DNA of 64,000 nucleotides from Desulfosudaceae bacterium (GCA_963674745.2 CAXXDV010000001.1:1344001-1408000); one strand, 5' to 3'. Positions 19,263 through 29,469 are shown, numbered from the stretch's first letter. Made by a program: numbers and translations. The notes: generated by a model from the letters alone, not told the origin.

Positions 19263-19330
19263 CAGCGCAATAAGGCTTGAAAAAGCCGGCAGGTATTTTG
19301 TTGCGATTCAAATAAACAGGGGGTTTTCGG

Positions 19331-20374
19331 GTGAATACAATATTTACCAAAGCGGCAAAAATTAAAAATCTGGCCGGCGCCTATCTCAGCAGCCACCTGC
19401 ACGCCACCCCGGCTTTTGTGCGAATGATCCCGACCGACAAATGTAACCTGAACTGCAAATATTGCTGGCAGAAATCGGATCAATCACATGAAATGTCATT
19501 TGAAGAATTCCGTAAATATCTGGAACGGGCGGCGGGTTTAAAAGTCGGGTTGATAACCTTTCTCGGCGGTGAACCCATGTTGTGGAACCCGCTTTATGAC
19601 GCCATCGCGCATTGTTCGAAAAAACATATTTTAACAGACCTGACAACCAACGGCACATTGCTTAACAATAAAAGCATTGAAGCCCTGGGCAAGGCCGGCC
19701 TGGATTATTTAAATATTTCCGTTGACGGGTTTGAACCGGATGCGGTTTCTTCAAAAAATTCTGTTATCCGGAAAAACCTGGTCGACAGCCTTAAAAAGGC
19801 CAAAAAAAAATACCGCATGCACTTCAGGATTAACTCCGTCATTTACAATAATAACTTTGAAACCGTAAAAGCCCTGATCGCGTTTTCCAGAGAACACAAT
19901 GTGCAGATTTCCCTGGGATTCGTCGTTCCCCCGGTTGACGGTTATGATCGTTCGCAAGGCAGTATTTATTTTGAACAACAAGACCGGGAATTGCTGCAGC
20001 AAATCGTGGACTATATTCTCACTAAGAAAAAACAGGGTTACCCCATAATAGATCCGGATGCCTATTTCGAAAATATCTTTCGCTTTCTGGACCGGGAAAA
20101 ATTCTGGGAATGCAATTACCCCACGCGATATGGCTGGGTGAATGTCACCCCGAACGGAAAGATCCGGACCTGTACAAAAAAAATGGATGAGCTGGACATT
20201 GATTTTGAAGACCTGGACATCTATAAATTAAAAGATTTGCGGTCCGTGTTAAAAGAAAAGGTACAGGAGTGCAATATTGACTGCTATTCCAACTGTGCAT
20301 ACGACTCCTACTTTTACACCCACCACAAACTGCAGATGTTAAAAAAAATAACAAGCCGCTTTTCGCGGCAATAA
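19331..20374 (+). CDS. Radical SAM protein (SPASM/twitch-like C-terminus)
   Basis: CNLNCKYC, FLGGEP, TTNG, NISVDG; C-terminal Cys (CNYP, RTC, C.IDCYSNC). Confidence 0.9.
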   Translation: MNTIFTKAAKIKNLAGAYLSSHLHATPAFVRMIPTDKCNLNCKYCWQKSDQSHEMSFEEFRKYLERAAGLKVGLITFLGGEPMLWNPLYDAIAHCSKKHILTDLTTNGTLLNNKSIEALGKAGLDYLNISVDGFEPDAVSSKNSVIRKNLVDSLKKAKKKYRMHFRINSVIYNNNFETVKALIAFSREHNVQISLGFVVPPVDGYDRSQGSIYFEQQDRELLQQIVDYILTKKKQGYPIIDPDAYFENIFRFLDREKFWECNYPTRYGWVNVTPNGKIRTCTKKMDELDIDFEDLDIYKLKDLRSVLKEKVQECNIDCYSNCAYDSYFYTHHKLQMLKKITSRFSRQ

Positions 20375-20603
20375 TGTTTTAGCACGGATTCGGAACATGA
20401 AAATAAGACCGGCAACAGACAATGATATTCAACAAAAGTGTTTGTTCACTTGTCGTTTGATGTGACGTTTATGGAATACACGTTGACTTGAGCCAACGCC
20501 AATCTGCTGATGAAGATGTGGCTGAGGCCGTGCATTACAGGATGAACACAGGCGGATTTGCATACCGCTCAAACAAGAATTAATCTTGGGAAAGGAACAT
20601 GCG

Positions 20604-21878
20604 GTGAATCAGGAAAAACCACGCCCCCTGGTTGAGCCCGAATCAATAGCAGCCCTGGAAGATCAAGTGGCAAGACGGCTGCCCCTGCCGCCGGTGGCGC
20701 TTTCATCCATAAAGCTGCTGATCATCACCCCCCTGCTGTATCTTTCTTTTAAGCAGGCCGGGGTGCTGCCCAATTCACCGGCCTGGATTTTTTTTCTGTT
20801 TTTATGCTTCTGCGCCCTGGATTACATGGTCGGTATAGACCCCCGGGCACAGAAACAGGCATCGGACTTCGGCCGTGTCTATGATCGCGTTACGGATTAC
20901 CCCTTCCTGTTTATCGTGGCCCTGGCCTGCATGGATAAAGCGTCACCCGTGCTGATCATCGCCAAGTTGTTGCTGGACTCTATCCTGGTGGTTCAATTTT
21001 TTGTAAACCCGGATACAACCAGAAACTGGATCCGGTCGACCATTTCCTATACCGTCCTGGTGTCCCTGCTTTTTTTAAGCCAGGGCTGGGCCGGTCAATA
21101 TTTCAACCCCCAGTTCGTCAATGCCCTGCTGCTGGTGAATATTGCCTTCAATGGGGCCGTCGGCCTGTATAATGTCCGGATGTTTCAACTGCGGTTCGTG
21201 GCCGATGTGTTGTCCGGCGCCAACCTCCTGTGCGGTCTGGTCAGTATGTATTTCGCCTATTACCACCGGATCGAAATCAGCCTGCTTTTTCTGCTGCTGG
21301 GTGGGCTGCTGGACGGTTTTGACGGGGCCGCGGCCCGTAAGTTCGGGGGCACCCGCTGGGGTGTTTACTCTGATGATATTGCCGACGGGGTTAATTACGG
21401 TATCGCGCCCAGCGCGGCCCTGTTTTTTATTGTCGGCGGCTGGGAAGGGTTTTTCGCCGGTTTGATTTACGGCTTTTTTACCATATCCCGGCTGGTGTAT
21501 TTTACATTGAACAAGAGTGAATCGGACCCGAACTTTTTTTCCGGTGTGCCCAGCCCTGTCGGCGGTCTGATTGTCCTTTGCTCGATCAATCTGTTCTCAG
21601 AATCGCCGGTGCTGCTCGGTTTGTTTGTGGGCATCGCCTGTGTCCAGATGGTGTCTTTTGATGCCCATTACCGGCATCTGGGCCGGGCCCTGTCCAGTGG
21701 GCAGAAAAAATATTTCCTGGGTCTGCCCCTGTACGCCTTGTTTCTCATACTGGGCGCCTTTGTCTGGGGTATTTATTTTTCAATCGCCTTGCTGCTTCTG
21801 ATTGCCCTGGCCTATGGGTTCGGGCCTTCGTTTACGCGTATGAAAAATGCGATTAAACAGACCAGAGCTGAACGTTGA
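20604..21878 (+). CDS. CDP-alcohol phosphatidyltransferase family protein (PssA-like C-terminal domain, degenerate N-terminal copy)
   Basis: Intact LDGFDGAAARK...GVYSDDIAD and FSGVPSP. GTG at 20604 follows AAGGA; the track gives 20586. Confidence 0.82.
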   Translation: MNQEKPRPLVEPESIAALEDQVARRLPLPPVALSSIKLLIITPLLYLSFKQAGVLPNSPAWIFFLFLCFCALDYMVGIDPRAQKQASDFGRVYDRVTDYPFLFIVALACMDKASPVLIIAKLLLDSILVVQFFVNPDTTRNWIRSTISYTVLVSLLFLSQGWAGQYFNPQFVNALLLVNIAFNGAVGLYNVRMFQLRFVADVLSGANLLCGLVSMYFAYYHRIEISLLFLLLGGLLDGFDGAAARKFGGTRWGVYSDDIADGVNYGIAPSAALFFIVGGWEGFFAGLIYGFFTISRLVYFTLNKSESDPNFFSGVPSPVGGLIVLCSINLFSESPVLLGLFVGIACVQMVSFDAHYRHLGRALSSGQKKYFLGLPLYALFLILGAFVWGIYFSIALLLLIALAYGFGPSFTRMKNAIKQTRAER

Positions 21879-21970
21879 GCAACGAAAAAATGCCGGAACA
21901 GCAGAATCCGTTGCGCGTGATCGTGTTGTATTCGGCCGTGATTTCAAAAACATGAAGGACGCAGCATAAA

Positions 21971-23320
21971 ATGACACCCCGAATCGTTGTTGTCGACGAC
22001 GAACCGATTACGCTCAAGCAGCTTCGCCGGATTCTTGAAAAAGCCGGGTACCGGGTTTCGACCTTTTCAAACCCCCATCGGGCCCTGGAGCACCTGGAAA
22101 CGTCGGGCTGCGATCTGGTGATCAGTGATGTGCAAATGCCGACCATGAACGGGATGGAGTTGATGACCCGTATCAAGGGGCAGTATCCGGCCATGGAAGT
22201 GATTCTGATAACCGGTTACGCCTCGCTTGACGGCGCTGTGGAAGCCACCCGGGAAGGGGCGTTTTATTACCTGGAAAAGCCCTTTACCCCGGACCGGGTC
22301 AGGGAACAGGTAAATCAGGCCCTGGCGATCTGCCGGACGCGCCAGGCCGCAGAGCAACCCGGCGTTTCTGAAAAAGGGACTTTAAAAATTCCGGTCATCA
22401 TCGGCGAAAGCCCTAAAATCCGGGAGGTCGTGTCGATTATTCAGCAGATCGGCCCCACCGACTGTAACGTGATGATAACCGGCGATTCCGGCAGCGGTAA
22501 AGAGCTTGTGGCCAGGGCCATTCACGCCGCCAGCCGGCGTGCCGACGGTCCGTTTCTGGCCTTTAATTGCGGTGCTTTGAATGAAAGCCTGCTGGAAAAC
22601 GAGCTTTTCGGTCATGAAAAAGGGGCTTTTACCGGGGCCCAAACCCGCAGCAGCGGTCTGCTCGAGGCGGCCTCCGGGGGCACCCTGTTTCTGGATGAAA
22701 TCGGAGAAATGCCGCATGCCATGCAGGTTAAACTGCTGCGGGTACTCCAGGAGGGTGAGCTCATCAGGGTCGGCGGCAACCAACCCGTCAAAGTCGATGT
22801 CCGTATCGTTTCCGCCACCGCCGTTGATGTGAAAGCCGCTGTTGACGGCGGCGCCTTTCGCAAGGACCTTTATTTTCGTATCAATATCGTCAATATCAAG
22901 CTGCCCGGTCTGGCCGAACGCAAAGAGGACATCCCGCTTCTGGCCTATCATATTCTTTCCCGCATCAACCGACGGGGTGAAAATAATGTCCGCGCCATTT
23001 CTGAAAAAGCCATGTCGATTCTAAGCGGATACGCCTTTCCCGGCAATGTGCGGGAACTGGAAAATATTCTCGAGCGGGCCGTGGCGGTCTGTCAGGGGCA
23101 GACGGTCAGGGAGTGTGATCTCCCGCCGGACCTGGTGTCCTTGAAGCTTCAGACATACAATCCCCCGGAAGAGCACTTTATGACCCTGGCCGAGCTGGAG
23201 CAGGATTATATCTCCCACCTGCTGAGAATAAACGGTGGCGCGCGCACCAAAACAGCGGACATTCTCGGTATTGACCGGGCGTCCCTGTGGCGGAAAATGA
23301 AAAAATACGGGCTTAGTTAG
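21971..23320 (+). CDS. Sigma54-dependent response regulator (NtrC family)
   Basis: Receiver VVDDE/SDVQMP, GDSGSGKE, GHEKGAFTGA, FLDEIGEM, FPGNVRELEN, C-terminal Fis HTH. Confidence 0.96.
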   Translation: MTPRIVVVDDEPITLKQLRRILEKAGYRVSTFSNPHRALEHLETSGCDLVISDVQMPTMNGMELMTRIKGQYPAMEVILITGYASLDGAVEATREGAFYYLEKPFTPDRVREQVNQALAICRTRQAAEQPGVSEKGTLKIPVIIGESPKIREVVSIIQQIGPTDCNVMITGDSGSGKELVARAIHAASRRADGPFLAFNCGALNESLLENELFGHEKGAFTGAQTRSSGLLEAASGGTLFLDEIGEMPHAMQVKLLRVLQEGELIRVGGNQPVKVDVRIVSATAVDVKAAVDGGAFRKDLYFRINIVNIKLPGLAERKEDIPLLAYHILSRINRRGENNVRAISEKAMSILSGYAFPGNVRELENILERAVAVCQGQTVRECDLPPDLVSLKLQTYNPPEEHFMTLAELEQDYISHLLRINGGARTKTADILGIDRASLWRKMKKYGLS

Positions 23321-23402
23321 TTTTTGCAACACGGCCGTGCGTTTGTGCAACAAACCATTCCTTTCCGGCTTGTGGCCGGATTCGTTCGATATCTCGCTTT
23401 GT

Positions 23403-23419
23403 CGTTGCGTTTTGCAACG
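23403..23419. promoter_or_regulatory. Candidate enhancer (UAS) palindrome for the sigma54 activator
   Basis: CGTTGC-gtttt-GCAACG, about 80-95 bp upstream of a sigma54 promoter. Related TGCAAC half-sites near 23325 and 23346. Confidence 0.55.
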
Positions 23420-23495
23420 CGACGTTCCGCGTCCCGCCGGGCCGTAGAAAGCCACCACCCCGAATAAAAACAGCTAGTTAAAAAACAAAAGCAGT

Positions 23496-23512
23496 TTGGC
23501 AAGCATTTTGCT
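23496..23512 (+). promoter_or_regulatory. Sigma54 (-24/-12) promoter
   Basis: TTGGCAAGCATTTTGCT gives GG-N10-GC, directly downstream of an enhancer-binding protein gene. IHF-like AAACAGctagTTA at 23468-23480. Confidence 0.8.
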
Positions 23513-23540
23513 GTGGCTCTGGATATACAGGAGGCAGAGA

Positions 23541-23990
23541 ATGTTGAATAACATATTAGTGCTTTTTGAAGACGAAACCATTTTTCCTGAAGCCCTGATT
23601 TATGCCAGAGAGTTTGCCCTGCGGCTTGACGCCAAAGTGACCCTGCTGATGATCGTTCCCATGTTGTTTGCCGGTCGTACGGTTCTCGGCCCCCAGAGAA
23701 ACCAGATTCGCAAAATCGAGGTTCGCGCCGGAAAACTGCTGTCCGAGTGTCTTCAGTCTTTTATCAAGCAGGGCCTCGAGGTTAATTCGGCACTCAGAAT
23801 CGGGGACCCGGGCCAGGAGCTGATCAAGTTTCTGGCGGACCGTCCACCGTTTCAGTCGGTTATCTGGGGCAGCGGGCGGGACTTGCCGGACAAGGGGCGG
23901 AACTCCCAGCGACACTGGTTGTCAAAAGTGACCGCCAGCCTGGAGTGTCCGCTGTTGACGGTCAGCAAGCGTCAGGACAACAGCTGCTGA
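23541..23990 (+). CDS. Universal stress protein (USP) family
   Basis: ATG at 23541 with AGGAGG RBS. NILV, ALIYAREFA, IGDPGQELI, LECPLLTV. Confidence 0.8.
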   Translation: MLNNILVLFEDETIFPEALIYAREFALRLDAKVTLLMIVPMLFAGRTVLGPQRNQIRKIEVRAGKLLSECLQSFIKQGLEVNSALRIGDPGQELIKFLADRPPFQSVIWGSGRDLPDKGRNSQRHWLSKVTASLECPLLTVSKRQDNSC

Positions 23991-24022
23991 CAGCATATTA
24001 ACCACTCTTAAGCGGAGCGACA

Positions 24023-25843
24023 ATGGAAGCTTTGACCCTTGACATGATTCTGGTAATGGCCATGATAGCCCTGGCGATATTTCTGTTTATCGTTGAATGG
24101 GTGCGGGTGGACGTGGTGGCGATCATAATGACGGTGGCCCTGCCGCTGCTGCACCTGGTGACCCCCAAGGAAGCCTTTATCGGGTTCAGCAGTAATGCCG
24201 TCATATCGATTATTGCGGTTATTATTATCGGTGCGGGACTGGACCGCACCGGTATGATCAACAAACTGGTTGCCCCGGTGCTGCGGGTGGCCGGCAACAG
24301 CACATCCCGCATCATTGTGGCCATTTCCATGACGGTGGCCATTATTTCCAGCTTCATGCAGAATATCGGCGCAGCCGCCCTGTTTCTGCCGGCCATTCAG
24401 CGCATCAGCAAGATGCAGAAAATCCCCTTGAGCCGGCTGCTGATGCCGATCGGTTTTTCCGCCATTCTGGGCGGCACCGTTACTTTAGTCGGTTCCAGTC
24501 CCTTGATTTTGTTAAACGATCTGCTGGTACCGTTTAATCTCGAACCGTTCGGGCTGTTTGATGTAACGCCCGTAGGCCTGGCGCTGGTGGTCAGCGGCAT
24601 TGCCTGCTTTGTGCTTCTGGGCCGATTTATCCTGCCCCAGGGGGAGCAACCTGTCGGCGGAGGCGTTGATGGCCAGGCCCCCTCCCAGGCACCGCCGGAA
24701 ACCGCTCCGGATTCAGCCGAATTCTATGAGTTGCGGACCCCGGATGATTTTACGGATTATCGGGACCCGGTATGTGTGGAAGATATACGGCGGCGATACC
24801 TGCTGAATGTGGTCGCCATAACCGAGCCGCCGGACTATAAGGTGCTTTCCCCTGCACCGGAAATGGAGGTGCGGTCCGGCATTGATCTGGTGGTTTGCGG
24901 TCAGGAGAAAAACGTCCATCGCATGGCCGAAGCCGAAGGCATGCAGCTTAAGGATACCCTGGAAACCTATAAAGACAATTTAAGTTCCCAGCTGGCCGGA
25001 ACCGTTGAAGTGGTGGTCGCGCCCCGGTCCGGTTACGCCGGAAAGGCCTTGAAGGACATCAATTTTCAGGACCGGTTTCATGTAACGCCACTGAGTGTTT
25101 ACCGGCAGGAAGAAACTTATCGGGCCAAAATTGACGATATCATCCTCCAGGTGGGTGATGTCGTAACCTTGTATGGAACCTGGAAAAGACTTAAAGACTT
25201 GCAGAAAGAAGGCGGCCTGCTGTTCTCCCTGCCGTCTGATATGGAAGATATGCGGCCGGAAAAGGCCCTGTGGGCCGGTCTGTGGCTGGCTGTCGCGCTG
25301 GTGATGATTATGGTTTTCAAAATTCAGCTGTCCGTGTCGCTGATGACCGGCGCCCTGGGAATGATCCTCAGTCGCGTGCTTTCCATTGACGAGGCCTATC
25401 AGTCGGTGGACTGGCGCACAATTTTTCTGCTGGCCGGATTGATTCCACTGGGCATTGCCACGGAAAAAACAGGCACCGCCGCCTGGATCGCCCATTCGAT
25501 CCTGGACATCATCGGAGAGGTATCACCCATTGTGCTGCTGGCGGTCATCGGTGTTCTTTCCACGGTTTTCACGCTGGTCATTTCCAATGTCGGCGCTACG
25601 GTTCTGCTGGTACCCCTGGTGGTGAATATGGCCATCGCGGCCCATGCGGACCCCCGGATGGCGGCGCTGGTCGTCGGCCTGGCCACCAGCAATTCCTTTG
25701 TGCTGCCGACACACCAGGTTAACGCCCTTTACATGGGTCCCGGCCATTATCGTACGGTTGACTTTATCAAAGCCGGAAGCCTGGTCAGTGTGGTCTTTCT
25801 GGTAGTAATGATTGTCATGATTCGTCTGTTTTACGGCGTATAA
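24023..25843 (+). CDS. SLC13/CitMHS-like permease with TrkA-C domains
   Basis: RVDVVA, SSFMQNIGA, GGTVTLVGSSP, soluble TrkA-C region, SNVGATVLLVP, PTHQVNA. Confidence 0.92.
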   Translation: MEALTLDMILVMAMIALAIFLFIVEWVRVDVVAIIMTVALPLLHLVTPKEAFIGFSSNAVISIIAVIIIGAGLDRTGMINKLVAPVLRVAGNSTSRIIVAISMTVAIISSFMQNIGAAALFLPAIQRISKMQKIPLSRLLMPIGFSAILGGTVTLVGSSPLILLNDLLVPFNLEPFGLFDVTPVGLALVVSGIACFVLLGRFILPQGEQPVGGGVDGQAPSQAPPETAPDSAEFYELRTPDDFTDYRDPVCVEDIRRRYLLNVVAITEPPDYKVLSPAPEMEVRSGIDLVVCGQEKNVHRMAEAEGMQLKDTLETYKDNLSSQLAGTVEVVVAPRSGYAGKALKDINFQDRFHVTPLSVYRQEETYRAKIDDIILQVGDVVTLYGTWKRLKDLQKEGGLLFSLPSDMEDMRPEKALWAGLWLAVALVMIMVFKIQLSVSLMTGALGMILSRVLSIDEAYQSVDWRTIFLLAGLIPLGIATEKTGTAAWIAHSILDIIGEVSPIVLLAVIGVLSTVFTLVISNVGATVLLVPLVVNMAIAAHADPRMAALVVGLATSNSFVLPTHQVNALYMGPGHYRTVDFIKAGSLVSVVFLVVMIVMIRLFYGV

Positions 25844-25865
25844 ATAAATAAAAGGAGTCGCGCAA

Positions 25866-26678
25866 ATGCCGATAGTTACCATTTCACGAGGTTCCTCGAC
25901 CATGGGAAAGGTCGTTGCAGAGCAAGTTGCCAAAAAGATGAATTACCGGCTGATCAGCCGGGAGGTGCTGTTGGATGCCAGCAGCCGGTTTAATGTGCCT
26001 GAAATCAAGCTGGAAAAAGCCATCCACGATGCCCCGGGCATTCTGGAACGTTACCGTCACAACAAACAATCCTATGTGGCCTATATCCGCTCGGCCCTGG
26101 TAGAGCGCGTTGTGGATGATAATGTCGTATATCACGGCCTGGCCGGCCATTTATTGTTAAAAGGAATTCCCCACGTACTCAAGGTCCGGATTACGGCGGA
26201 TATGGAAAAACGGGTTGAACTCGTGATGCAGCGGGACGGCATACCGGCCGATGAAGCCCGCGTAAGGATTCAGGAGGACGATAAGCAGCGGCGAAAATGG
26301 ACCCACTCCCTTTATGATCAGGATCCCTGGGACGTGTCTTTATATGACCTGACCATCTGTATTGACAAGTTGTCCGTGGACAATGCCGTTGATTTTATCT
26401 GCCGGGCAGCGGCCGCCAAAGGGTTTCAGGGCACGGAGAAAACCCATCAGCAGGTGGCGGACATGGCCGTGGCCTGCCGGGTCAAGGCGGCTCTGGTCGA
26501 TGATTTCCCGAATGTCGGCGTGACCTGTGAGTACGGGAACGTGCTGGTCTATGTTAAGAGCAGAGAACAGACGAATACCAGATTAACGAAGCAGCTCAGC
26601 CGGATCAGGGACAGCATCGAAGGTATTCATCATCTTGAAACACACGCGGGAGCGACAATCCCTTCGGAAGCGGTTTAA
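25866..26678 (+). CDS. Cytidylate kinase-like family protein with C-terminal BON-like domain
   Basis: IVTISRGSSTMGK, VVYHGLAGH, LKVRITA, YDLTI. Confidence 0.8.
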   Translation: MPIVTISRGSSTMGKVVAEQVAKKMNYRLISREVLLDASSRFNVPEIKLEKAIHDAPGILERYRHNKQSYVAYIRSALVERVVDDNVVYHGLAGHLLLKGIPHVLKVRITADMEKRVELVMQRDGIPADEARVRIQEDDKQRRKWTHSLYDQDPWDVSLYDLTICIDKLSVDNAVDFICRAAAAKGFQGTEKTHQQVADMAVACRVKAALVDDFPNVGVTCEYGNVLVYVKSREQTNTRLTKQLSRIRDSIEGIHHLETHAGATIPSEAV

Positions 26679-26695
26679 TCATACAGGAGATTCAT

Positions 26696-27508
26696 ATGTC
26701 CATCATTATTATTTCATCTGATGATCGGGAAACAGAAGATTTTATTGCTGAAAAAGTGGCTCTGGAAAAAGGATATGATCGGCTGGACCGCCGCTTTTTA
26801 AGTGATGTTGCCGCCGGACATGAAATTAAACCGGACAGGTTGGCCGAAGCCCTGGATTCCACTCCGACGGTGTTTAAAAAATTACCGGCCCGGCACTGGC
26901 ATCAATATCTGGCCTTTATTGAAGCCGAGGTGCTGGACCGGATGCTGGCGGACAACCTGGTCTGTTGCGGTCTGGCGGCTCATCTCTATGTGACCGGTAT
27001 TTCACATGCCATGAGGGTTCGGGTGCTGGCGGGTAAAGAAAAAAAGATCGCCGATATTGCCGACCAGAACGCGATAAATATTGAAAAGGCCCAGAAGTGG
27101 GCGACCAAAGCACTTGAGAACCGGAAAAAATGGTCACTGGCCGCTTTTGGTTCCGATGAAACGGATTTATCCCGCTACGACATGGTCATCAGCCTGGATC
27201 AGATCGACCCGGTGGAAGCGGTTCGGACCATAACCGGTGCCTCTGAATACCGTAAATTTCAGGTCATGACCTACTCGAAAAAATGCCTGACGGACCTGGC
27301 CCTGGCCGCCAGGGTCAACGTGGCGTTGTTGAAAGCCATGACCGATGTCAAGGTTCAGGCCAAAGATGGCGCGGTGATTGTGTATGTCCGGACCCTGCGC
27401 CGCCAGAAAAGAAAAACGGTTGAAACGATTAAGGCGCTTGCCAGTCGTGTGGATGGGGTCAGTTACGTGGAAGTTCATGTTAACAACCGTTTAAAGAAAA
27501 ACAGCTGA
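26696..27508 (+). CDS. Cytidylate kinase-like paralogue (P-loop lost) with BON-like domain
   Basis: Same length (270 aa) and collinear motifs with the preceding gene (GLAAH, MRVRV, YDMVI, LAARV..AL). Confidence 0.75.
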   Translation: MSIIIISSDDRETEDFIAEKVALEKGYDRLDRRFLSDVAAGHEIKPDRLAEALDSTPTVFKKLPARHWHQYLAFIEAEVLDRMLADNLVCCGLAAHLYVTGISHAMRVRVLAGKEKKIADIADQNAINIEKAQKWATKALENRKKWSLAAFGSDETDLSRYDMVISLDQIDPVEAVRTITGASEYRKFQVMTYSKKCLTDLALAARVNVALLKAMTDVKVQAKDGAVIVYVRTLRRQKRKTVETIKALASRVDGVSYVEVHVNNRLKKNS

Positions 27509-27593
27509 TCGTACCCGGCTGTTTTTGTTTATAAACAGACAATCCGGCTGCGGCGCCTAAGGCCGTTGATCGGAGCGGTAAGGAGCGATTTAA

Positions 27594-28013
27594 ATGTCAA
27601 AAACATTAACCGTACTACTTCTGGATGATGAGCCCATTGTCGGCAAGCGTTTAAAACCGGCGCTGGATAAAATCGGCTGCCAGGTGGAGGTGTTTGAGGA
27701 CCCTAAAAAAGCGGTGGCTCGAATTGACGAAAAGGAATTTGATATTGTTGTAACGGATATCCGCATGGAAGAAATAGACGGTATTCAGGTGCTTGAGCAT
27801 GTGCAGCAGAAATGGCCCCGGACCAAGGTCATCATGATTACCGGGTACGCGAAAATGGATCTGGCCCGGGAGGCCATGGGAAAAGGTGTGTTTGATTTCA
27901 TCGCCAAGCCTTTCCGGCCCGATGATCTCAGGCAGATCATTGCCAGGGCGGCTGAAGCACTGGGCATTTCCATTGATACCGAACCCTTGACCGACAAGTC
28001 GGGGAATGAATAA
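27594..28013 (+). CDS. Single-domain response regulator
   Basis: LLDDE, VVTDIRM, ITGY, FIAKPF. Confidence 0.93.
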   Translation: MSKTLTVLLLDDEPIVGKRLKPALDKIGCQVEVFEDPKKAVARIDEKEFDIVVTDIRMEEIDGIQVLEHVQQKWPRTKVIMITGYAKMDLAREAMGKGVFDFIAKPFRPDDLRQIIARAAEALGISIDTEPLTDKSGNE

Positions 28014-28072
28014 TCCCGCCGTTTCTGAAAGCCGTTTTTGGATACCGGCGGCCCACCCGAGGAGATTGTGTT

Positions 28073-29020
28073 ATGAGCATAGCGGAAAAGTTGAGAAAAA
28101 TAGGCCATAAAGAAGCAGGCGTCAGACATTTCTGCTTAGAGACGATTCGGTTCAAAAAATTGCTTGAAAATGCCCGGGGCGTGCTTGATCTGTTCGCGGA
28201 CGGTCGCGAAAAAATGCAAGGAGAGTATATTTTTGACCGGCATTACGTGGTTTCCCTGATTGACGGCGTTTTGGACCGTCTGGGGATGATGGTTTATGAT
28301 GCCGGGGTGCTCGTTCCTGATAACGGCGAGCCTCTGTATACCGTTTTTGATACCCACAAGCAGACGGCTCGAAATCTCATCGACACCAACGCTGCCGGCT
28401 TTTCTAAAGCAGCCGACTTTGATGATCCGGAATACCGGTTACTGGCCGCGGCTGAGGAATGGTTCAACGGTAAGGATAAAAAGAACGATGAAACCGTAAT
28501 GGGTTTTATCAAGCAGACTTTTTATTCCGTCGTTTCCGGGCTTGAACCTGAAGCTTTTTTAGGGCGTCTGGCTGAAAAAAAAGAACTGCTGATGACGGAA
28601 ACCGGCTTATATGTCATTGATTTGTGGAAAGACGCCCGGGGCTTGCCGGAAAGCAAACGGACGCCGGCCGATTTTAACAGTATTCCATTGCGACACCTGC
28701 TTATGGACACCCCTTCTTTTCCGGCTGAACCGGCCTGGATTGCCGCTGTCAGTGAGTACCAGATGAGTCTTCAGTCCTTGAAAAAAGATTGTCGATTTCG
28801 GCTGGAAACCCTGGCCAGTGGATATGAGCCGTCGGACTTCATCTTTGTTTTTACGGATAAGGCGGCTATTTTCGACAGCATGCTCCCCCCGGTTTTTCAC
28901 ATAGAAACCACGGCCTTCGGTCAGTTCGCGTGGAGCCTGGGCCTGTCGGCGAATACCATAGAGGACACCTTGATGGTTATCGGCAAAAAGCTTTTTGACG
29001 AAAGCCTCTGGCGTCTTTAA
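28073..29020 (+). CDS. Hypothetical protein; N-terminus resembles that of the neighbouring PEP-synthase-like protein
   Basis: GGAG RBS, operonic position, FKKLLENARGVLDLFAD..EK..GEYIFDRHY. Confidence 0.7.
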   Translation: MSIAEKLRKIGHKEAGVRHFCLETIRFKKLLENARGVLDLFADGREKMQGEYIFDRHYVVSLIDGVLDRLGMMVYDAGVLVPDNGEPLYTVFDTHKQTARNLIDTNAAGFSKAADFDDPEYRLLAAAEEWFNGKDKKNDETVMGFIKQTFYSVVSGLEPEAFLGRLAEKKELLMTETGLYVIDLWKDARGLPESKRTPADFNSIPLRHLLMDTPSFPAEPAWIAAVSEYQMSLQSLKKDCRFRLETLASGYEPSDFIFVFTDKAAIFDSMLPPVFHIETTAFGQFAWSLGLSANTIEDTLMVIGKKLFDESLWRL

Positions 29021-29054
29021 ACAGTGTTTTTAATTGTTTGAAAGGGAGTAACTC

Positions 29055-29435
29055 ATGTCACAACAACCCCTGAGAATAATGATTATCGATGACGAACAGA
29101 TCGTCGGTAAGCGACTGAAACCGGCTTTGGAAAAAACCGGCGGTGTTGTGGAAGCTTTTGAAGAAGGGCAAAAAGCCCTGGCCAGGTTTGATGAAGCCCC
29201 GTTCGATATTGTGGTTACGGATATCCGCATGGAAAAAATTGACGGGATTCAGATCCTGGAACACATCATGGCAAAATCCGCCCGAACCAAGGTTATTATC
29301 ATTACCGGTTATGCCACAGTTGAAATCGCCCGGGAGGCGCTTTCCAAAGGCGCATTTGATTTTATCGCAAAACCGTTCAAGCCGTCGGATTTGCGGGAGA
29401 TTATCGAGCGGGCAGCCAGGGAACTGCAGTCCTGA
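29055..29435 (+). CDS. Single-domain response regulator
   Basis: IIDDE, VVTDIRM, ITGY, FIAKPF; close paralogue of 27594..28013. Confidence 0.93.
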   Translation: MSQQPLRIMIIDDEQIVGKRLKPALEKTGGVVEAFEEGQKALARFDEAPFDIVVTDIRMEKIDGIQILEHIMAKSARTKVIIITGYATVEIAREALSKGAFDFIAKPFKPSDLREIIERAARELQS

Positions 29436-29469
29436 CGTTTAACCGCCTTGCCGAAAAGGAGTTATCACC

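Noticed and set aside
19331..20374. Radical SAM protein as the GRE activase
   Set aside because: It lacks activase-type motifs, has a SPASM/twitch-like tail, and is about 8 kb away.
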